IMG/VR virus record: IMGVR_UViG_3300025168_000072
Location: 4,596 to 68,595 of that record
Length of the DNA: 64,000 bases
Strand: one strand, 5' to 3'
DNA from: a virus
The notes under the pieces were generated by a model, which saw nothing but the letters and a program-made list of their open reading frames with translations, did no database searches and was not told the DNA's origin. Position numbers and translations under genes: made by a program. Positions 57,824 through 64,000 of this stretch are shown here, piece after piece (position 1 is the first letter of the stretch; each line of letters opens with the position of its first letter).

Positions 57824-58823
57824 TATGGCCTGAGCGTTATTTTCTTAATCGCGACTAGTTTTTCTTTTTTTTAGTCGTTATTGTTATTTTTTACGACTAA
57901 TAGGCCATTAGTCGCGACTAATTTTATACCCTTTCAGTGTGCTTATTAGTCGCAATTCTCAGGCGTCGGCATTTATGGTGGGTTCGGAGGGGGATAACTT
58001 TTTTTTACGACTAAGAAGGGTATATCGTGCTGTTATTTTAGTCGCGCTTAATGCTAATATTAGTCGCGACTAAAATTACATTGAGCAGTAAGCGTATTAG
58101 TCGCAAAAAAACTTCATAGACACTTAGGAGGGGGTAATTGGAAAAGAGAAAAAAATTACGACTAAGAAGGAGACTGCGAACCTGATTATTAGTCGCGTTT
58201 AATATTAGTCGCGACTAAAAACATGGATTGTAATACGCATATTAGTCGCAATTTTATAGCGTCATTGTTTGCACCCCACCTAAGTGTCGAGGCCGCGTTT
58301 TTACGACTAATACGATGACTGCGAGCATGGTTATTAGTCGCGACTAATGGCGTTTTAGTCGCAAATAAATTAGTCGGTTGAAAAAAAATGCGCCAAAAAT
58401 TAGTCGGTGCAGAAAAATCACCAAAAAATTAGTCTCGACTAATGACAGGCCAAGTTTTTTTAGAAAAATCAGGTATAAAAAAATAGTCGCGATTAAGAAA
58501 CCTTTAAAAATTATTGAATAAAAAAATCCACGCCGAACTTTAGTCGCGTCTAATTATTGACTACAAATTATAAAAATTAGTCGTCTTTCCAACACCCGAC
58601 TAAAAAACGCGAAACCATTTCCTTTATTTAGTCGCGATTAACTTTCGCTTCGCCGGAATCAGGATTGGCCGCATTAGTCGCAAAACATTAGTCGCTCGAC
58701 TAATAATCGAAACCGAAAAATAACATTAGTCGCAAATCGCCCCGATTTCAAAAATAACATTAGTCGTCTTTTTCAGGTGTTTTTTCCGTAATAATATGAA
58801 CGCACATACGCTCGCGAGGGGCA

Positions 58824-58871
58824 TTAGTCGCCGTATTAGTCGCTCATTAGTCGTATCGGTAGTTTTATATA
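58824..58871 (+). promoter_or_regulatory. TTAGTCG-box promoter
   Basis: Boxes at 58824, 58836 and 58847; 10-bp spacer; TTTATATA. Confidence 0.8.
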
Positions 58872-58905
58872 GTAGTATGCACATGGGTAATTAGAGGCGA
58901 AGCAG

Positions 58906-59067
58906 ATGACCCTAAAAACCGAAACCCGACCAAAGACCGACCATATCACCTTGAAAGGTGTGCGCTGTAAAAAGTGTGGCTGTAAAAAGTTCACATCAAT
59001 AGGCGTATCAAACGAAAATGCCCGTTGCATTCACTGTGGCACATTCACATTCCTATGGGGTGCTTGA
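58906..59067 (+). CDS. Zn-ribbon microprotein, 53 aa
   Basis: CKKCGC...CIHCG. Confidence 0.6.
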   Translation: MTLKTETRPKTDHITLKGVRCKKCGCKKFTSIGVSNENARCIHCGTFTFLWGA

Positions 59068-59069
59068 AT

Positions 59070-59300
59070 ATGAAGACGACCGAATATTTCAAACCCATTT
59101 CAGTTATCACCACAAAGTTTCCTTTGAAAAAATATCATGTTATTTTTGTAGTCTCGCACACGGACACACACACACGCATAGCACACCTTGACACTATCAA
59201 CGGCATTTACAAAACATCTCGCACCATCACACAAGCGCAATTCAAAAACGGCTACCGACCACTCAATAAATCCGAGGTGCTTCAATTTGTCGAAGAATGA
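59070..59300 (+). CDS. Hypothetical protein
   Basis: Coupled ORF starting MKTTEYF. Confidence 0.55.
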   Translation: MKTTEYFKPISVITTKFPLKKYHVIFVVSHTDTHTRIAHLDTINGIYKTSRTITQAQFKNGYRPLNKSEVLQFVEE

Positions 59301-60804
59301 TATTTCAGTAGACTTCTCATGCACACACGCGCAATGGCCGCGTGTGCAAAAATCGCTTGAGAGATTTTCAAAGAAGTGTGCCTCGCGAGACATCCCGTTC
59401 AAATACGAATTTCAGGATTCGCCCCCACCCACCTATCGCGCCTTTGTCAAATGCAACCGAAAATACGGTTCCGTTTTCGATGAGCAATTTCAGGATATGA
59501 CCGGCGCGAAATGGCGTTTCAATCCGAAAGTGAACCGGCGTCTCTATCGACTCAAATCTCCCGACATCGAAAAAATATGGCGTAACCTCGACCACATCGG
59601 AAAATTGCACACACCTCCCGAAGTTTTCAAAGAGTCAAAATTTGTCGGATATTCTACCGTTCAAATCAAGGCCCAATACACACCCCCTTCAAAGTGGCGC
59701 GTCATAACCGTGTGCGACCCTGCCGACCCCAATAATCCTCAAGACACGCCCGCGATATACACGCCCATGTTTGGCGAAAAAATACCCGAACGCGTAGGCC
59801 GTAAAAAATTGCCCCACAAATATACCGACCAATGCGACCATTGCACTTCAGGGAAACGGCGTAGAAAACAGGTCTACATTGTCGAATCACCCAAAGGTCA
59901 AAAACGATATGTCGGTAAAACATGCCTCAAATCATACACGGGTCTTGACCCTAAAGACCTTGAGGATTTACTTTGCTACGCTAAAGCATCACCCGAAGAA
60001 CCCACCTCACATGGCGGCCGCGTGTCCGAGACTACCTTTGAAACCTCGCTCATGAACATGCTCATAGGTGCGTATGCGACCCAAAAAATGCCTTACAAAT
60101 CCGGTCTTGGCCGTTCTCTCTTGTTCTCCTTTGTAAAATATTTACCCGATGAAAACCTTTTAGAATTAGGTCGATGGGACACGGATTTACGGGGTCGAAG
60201 GACTTGGGAACCCCAATTCAAAATAGCAAACATATTCGATTTACGGCGACCCGATGACCTGCCGAGTGATTGGCAAATGCACATGCTCCTTCAAAATATG
60301 TCTTGGCGACCGTCGGCCAAAATTATGATGCTCGCGTCCGACTTTGCTCAAGCCGTCGAAGACATGAAAAACGACCGGCCAAGTGATTTTACCCGAAAAG
60401 TATTATCGGTGGCTGAATGCGGAGTGGTTCAACGAAAAACATGGAATGTCTATGCGGGCGCGTCCTCGCGATGGCTCAAGAAAATACATGAGCAATGGTT
60501 CAACGAAAAGTCCGACATCAAACCCGAACAAAAAACGGTTGCCCACACGGGCGAAGTCGGTGAAAGAATCACCGTTAAAGTATTCTATCACTCGCAACGC
60601 GAAACCAAAAACGGCTACACCATAACCGAGTTCCGCACCAAAAAGAATGAGGCGTTTGTAACCTTTGGCACAGCCGACATTAGCCAAATCAAGACCGGTG
60701 ATAAATTGCTCTTGACCGGAACTATCAAGCGACACGGTGCTTTCAACGGCAACGGCTCGACCACACTCAACCGAATCCAAATGACCGGAGGTTGGAAAGC
60801 GTGA
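59287..60804 (+). CDS. Zn-finger plus C-terminal OB-fold nucleic-acid-binding protein
   Basis: TTG start after GAGGTG; CDHC..RRRK..YIV...YVGKTCL; GEVGERITVKV...TGTIKRH..T.LNR OB-like tail. Confidence 0.7.
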   Translation: MSKNDISVDFSCTHAQWPRVQKSLERFSKKCASRDIPFKYEFQDSPPPTYRAFVKCNRKYGSVFDEQFQDMTGAKWRFNPKVNRRLYRLKSPDIEKIWRNLDHIGKLHTPPEVFKESKFVGYSTVQIKAQYTPPSKWRVITVCDPADPNNPQDTPAIYTPMFGEKIPERVGRKKLPHKYTDQCDHCTSGKRRRKQVYIVESPKGQKRYVGKTCLKSYTGLDPKDLEDLLCYAKASPEEPTSHGGRVSETTFETSLMNMLIGAYATQKMPYKSGLGRSLLFSFVKYLPDENLLELGRWDTDLRGRRTWEPQFKIANIFDLRRPDDLPSDWQMHMLLQNMSWRPSAKIMMLASDFAQAVEDMKNDRPSDFTRKVLSVAECGVVQRKTWNVYAGASSRWLKKIHEQWFNEKSDIKPEQKTVAHTGEVGERITVKVFYHSQRETKNGYTITEFRTKKNEAFVTFGTADISQIKTGDKLLLTGTIKRHGAFNGNGSTTLNRIQMTGGWKA

Positions 60805-60849
60805 ACGCGTTCACAGCCGATGTCTCTCAGGAAAAAAGAGAGCGTCATA

Positions 60850-60886
60850 TTAGTCGCCATATTAGTCGTATGCGAAGGTTTAAATA
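60850..60886 (+). promoter_or_regulatory. TTAGTCG-box promoter
   Basis: Boxes at 60850 and 60862; 10-bp spacer; TTTAAATA. Confidence 0.8.
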
Positions 60887-60928
60887 CTTGATAAGAGTAT
60901 GGTTAAATAACCGACAGGAGAGGAAACA

Positions 60929-61102
60929 ATGAATGAACAAAAACAATTAGATGATGATGTGTATTGGATGCTTACGAATGGCTATACAAACGAGCGTTGT
61001 AAAAAATGCGGTGTTTCAATATGGTTATCGAATTGCGAATCACGGTTTGATGAAAGCGTCGAAAAAATAGTTATCACTTGTAAAACCGAGGTGAAACAAT
61101 GA
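60929..61102 (+). CDS. Small hypothetical protein, 57 aa
   Basis: GGAGAGG RBS; CKKCG. Confidence 0.55.
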   Translation: MNEQKQLDDDVYWMLTNGYTNERCKKCGVSIWLSNCESRFDESVEKIVITCKTEVKQ

Positions 61103-61229
61103 AGGATTATAAACTTGAACAAGAGATATTTGAACTGATAGCGAATAGAGGCTTGGGACTCATAGAGGCGTGGCTTCTATTGAAAGACATGACCGACCAA
61201 ATAAACGCAGAGATTCATGGGGCGGTAGA

Positions 61230-61388
61230 ATGAGTTACAAACCATTCTGTGTAGCCTGTGGGCGTGAAATGCGCTACAATCCCGCACCACACTACCTATT
61301 CGCTTGTCGAACCGATGGTTGCGAGTGGATTTATCAAGGTGGCATATTCTTCAATACAGCCGATGATTCGGAGGCGGTGGTCGCATGA
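61230..61388 (+). CDS. Zn-finger microprotein
   Basis: MSYKPFCVACG...CRTDGC. Confidence 0.55.
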   Translation: MSYKPFCVACGREMRYNPAPHYLFACRTDGCEWIYQGGIFFNTADDSEAVVA

Positions 61389-61792
61389 GATTTGAAACAC
61401 CTAAAAAAGTCGAAAGTGTCGAAGACATTGAGGCTTTATGTTACCGTAAAAGAAAACCGTTTGGGGTTCGCGTTCCGTTGGCAAATCCGATATTCGGTAA
61501 ATTAAAATGTGTGGCGTGTGGCTACAAATTAAATGAGCCATACAAAACGCTTTCCGACCATGATGCGAATCGCGATTATGTAACCGACTTCAACCCGACG
61601 GGATTAACTCTCAACCCTGAAACCGGAGTTTTTGAAGACCCTAAAAAGTGGGCCAAAAAAACACGCACCACGCTTAAAATTAACCCTAAAACTAAAGAGG
61701 TTATTCCCATGCACTATTACTGTAAATGGGTCGGACTGATGAATAACATAGAAAGAATCCGAATACACATGCGAGATGGAGGTTTGATTTAA
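61385..61792 (+). CDS. Hypothetical Zn-binding protein
   Basis: CVACG...MHYYC.W. Confidence 0.7.
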   Translation: MRFETPKKVESVEDIEALCYRKRKPFGVRVPLANPIFGKLKCVACGYKLNEPYKTLSDHDANRDYVTDFNPTGLTLNPETGVFEDPKKWAKKTRTTLKINPKTKEVIPMHYYCKWVGLMNNIERIRIHMRDGGLI

Positions 61793-62186
61793 TGATTCTC
61801 ACGGCATGGTTAATTCAAATCGCGATTCGATATAATAGGTGGCGGTTTCAATGAGTTATCGAAGAATTAGATTATTCGACGGTGCTTGGGGCTACTGTAA
61901 ATTTTGCGGAAACAAGGCATACCACACAAACCATAAATCCGAAACATACGCTTTGTGTGCCGATGCTTGTGGTTATATTCGACACTATGGCGACATTAGG
62001 TATAACGATAAAAACATTATCAAAATTGAGGTGAGTCCTGATGAATGATGAATGTAAATTCCCAAACAAAAAACGCTTTAGAACGCGTGAGGATGCCGAT
62101 TTGGAGGCGTGGTTCATTGGTAAAGGTTTCAATGTCTACCGTTGCCGTTGTGGTGGCTACCACTTTACTTCAAGGGGGATTGACCG

Positions 62187-62717
62187 ATGACTAAGAATCG
62201 CGCCACCAAATATCGCGACCGGCGAAAACGCTATTCAAATAATTCGGAAAACCCGAATCAAAATGTATGCGCGCACCATGTCGCCCATTGTTTAGGGGTA
62301 AAAGAAAATGTTCGATACCTCCACAATTTAGGCGACCTTCTACGGGCGGCCCGTAAAAAATGGAATGTGCGTTCGCGCAAGAGTGTGTGGGCTACAAAGT
62401 TCAAGGGTGTTCCGTTCACTATGAATCAATTCCTAAAAAACTTCAACGACTTCAATGAACAAGCGGAAAATCAAAAAAGTATTACCCGTAAAAATTATTG
62501 GTGTCCTGAATCCGACCAACCTTGGATTGAACAAACCACTACTTCTATTTCTATTCACGCATACATAATCCATGTAGAACGCCATGTTCTACTGATAAAT
62601 GCCAACGGCGAAGTGCATGTAGATACCGCACCAAAAACCGGAACCGACCGTCGAAAAATCCTGAACCTTTACGCCGTCGGTAAAAAATACAAAAATGTGG
62701 AGGCAATCACAGAATAA
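62187..62717 (+). CDS. Hypothetical protein, possible papain-like Cys/His pair
   Basis: NVCAHHVA...HVLL...VHVD. Confidence 0.65.
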   Translation: MTKNRATKYRDRRKRYSNNSENPNQNVCAHHVAHCLGVKENVRYLHNLGDLLRAARKKWNVRSRKSVWATKFKGVPFTMNQFLKNFNDFNEQAENQKSITRKNYWCPESDQPWIEQTTTSISIHAYIIHVERHVLLINANGEVHVDTAPKTGTDRRKILNLYAVGKKYKNVEAITE

Positions 62718-62719
62718 TA

Positions 62720-62755
62720 TTAGTCGCTCATTAGTCGAACCGGCAGGTTTAAATA
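62720..62755 (+). promoter_or_regulatory. TTAGTCG-box promoter
   Basis: Boxes at 62720 and 62731; 10-bp spacer; TTTAAATA. Confidence 0.8.
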
Positions 62756-62964
62756 CTTGAAGGGGTATGGTTAAATGAAGCGGGAGAGAACCGCCGACAA
62801 ACAAAATACAAGGAGGAAAATAAAATGAAAAATATACCGAAAAAAGCAAAACAGACAACAGACATACCGAAGAAAGACCTTAACGCTTGGGGCCACCCCG
62901 ATGCAAAGAAATGGGCTTTCGTCGGCTACACAAAGAAAGACGAAACCGCATGGTGGGTGAAGAA

Positions 62965-63366
62965 ATGAAAGTCATAATCCCTGAAGCGGAAACTGAAGGC
63001 ACATTTGAGGGGTGGGTTCGCGTTGAAACCAAAAACGCCATATCCATTTACCGTAAAATGTTGCTTAGACAAAGAAGAGAGAACGAAGCCCGAACACCAC
63101 AATACCCGTATTCATTGGGTAGTCATATGAAAGCATCTATGCTTCTTCACTTGACACCGGAACAGCGTTCATCTCAATGGATTAGACTGCCTTTAGGTAA
63201 AGCCGAAAAAATTATGGAATTGCATTGCGAGGTAATAAAATACAGAAATTGTGTGATGAAACCTTTCTTTTACATGCAAACTCACCGGCACAGCATTTCA
63301 GTATGGCCTCAACATGAGCGCGATGAAACTCTCAACAGGGACAATAATTGGGGTGAAGAAGAATGA
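62965..63366 (+). CDS. Hypothetical protein
   Basis: Start MKVIIPE, coupled to a 47-aa ORF at 62825-62968. Confidence 0.6.
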   Translation: MKVIIPEAETEGTFEGWVRVETKNAISIYRKMLLRQRRENEARTPQYPYSLGSHMKASMLLHLTPEQRSSQWIRLPLGKAEKIMELHCEVIKYRNCVMKPFFYMQTHRHSISVWPQHERDETLNRDNNWGEEE

Positions 63367-63875
63367 AAAACCCAAGCCCGATACAAAAAATGCTAATCTA
63401 CGACCAACCACGCGTGTATGTGGCCTGTTTAGGTTGCTATAACGAAGGCCGACTGAATGGTAAATGGATGGATGCCGACGAGTATGAAGACTATACTCAT
63501 AAGTGCAAACGCCCATATCATGAAGAATACGCCATACATGACTATGACACGATGCCGAACTTAGACGAATATCCCGACCCTGAAAAAGTCGTTGATGTCG
63601 CCCACGCCGTCATGGAGCATGGTTATGATATTGTCAATGACTTCATAAATTGGGGTATGGATGATGTCTCAAAAATATCCGACGCATTCTTAACCGAATT
63701 AAGCGGATGGAATTACAACAAACAATTAGGGGAATACTTAGTGCATGAATTAGACATGATGAATATACCCGATGAAATGTCCTATTACTTCGATTATGAG
63801 GCGTATGGTCGCGATATGTCGGTGAACTGCGTCTATGTCTCGGACAAGGGCAATGTATTTTGGAGGGATTTTTGA
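63363..63875 (+). CDS. ardA: ArdA antirestriction protein (DNA mimic)
   Basis: VYVACLGCYNEGRLNGKW, EEYAIHDYD and YYFDYEAYGRD motifs; highly acidic. Confidence 0.9.
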   Translation: MKNPSPIQKMLIYDQPRVYVACLGCYNEGRLNGKWMDADEYEDYTHKCKRPYHEEYAIHDYDTMPNLDEYPDPEKVVDVAHAVMEHGYDIVNDFINWGMDDVSKISDAFLTELSGWNYNKQLGEYLVHELDMMNIPDEMSYYFDYEAYGRDMSVNCVYVSDKGNVFWRDF

Positions 63876-64000
63876 TGACTCGAATGGTTGGAATATGCGG
63901 CTACTGCTCATTTGTTCAAGGTTATTGCGTGGAAAATATGCTATTGATAGCAGACCATCCGAGCCTTTCACACGACTTTTGTAAATCGTGTAAATCACAC

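Larger units (their letters stand above)
56150..58871. repeat. TTAGTCG/CGACTAA repeat-dense control region
   Basis: About 60 copies by hand count in the non-coding blocks, including several TTAGTCGCGACTAA palindromes, separated by A/T tracts. Confidence 0.95.

Noticed and set aside
56150-58871. CRISPR array or mini-array
   Set aside because: The repeats are only 7-14 bp, occur in both orientations with irregular spacing, and lack a constant repeat-spacer structure.

Overview
This window is part of a tailed (Caudoviricetes) virus genome with archaeal-type replication machinery, most consistent with a magrovirus-like virus of Marine Group II/Poseidoniales archaea. That assignment is inferred from gene content, archaeal TATA promoters and GGTGA/GAGGTG ribosome-binding sites. 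The + strand from 1 to 25.8 kb carries a replication and modification module: four DNA methyltransferases, a mini-MCM-like ATPase, RFC, an SSB-like protein, a GroEL-type chaperonin, a RecA-like ATPase, a divergent PCNA-like clamp, PolB, a Cas4-like nuclease, a PriS-PriL fusion primase and an ERCC4 nuclease. It converges on a - strand siphovirus-like morphogenesis module at 25.8-50.4 kb. A metallophosphoesterase and TerL follow, then a TTAGTCG repeat-dense control region and early-type small genes including ArdA. The most unusual signals are three. (1) PolB, three methyltransferases and an RFC-large-like protein share the C-terminal peptide K-rich-[VH]-[EQ]-W-[FLV], a candidate private clamp-docking code for replication-coupled methylation. 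(2) TTAGTCG boxes sit exactly 10 bp upstream of six TATA boxes and also form an array of about 60 copies. (3) Two diverged, inverted copies of a ~170-bp palindromic AT-rich element bracket the two converging modules. No tRNA, rRNA, CRISPR array or integrase was recognised. All protein calls are by-eye motif recognition; no searches were run.
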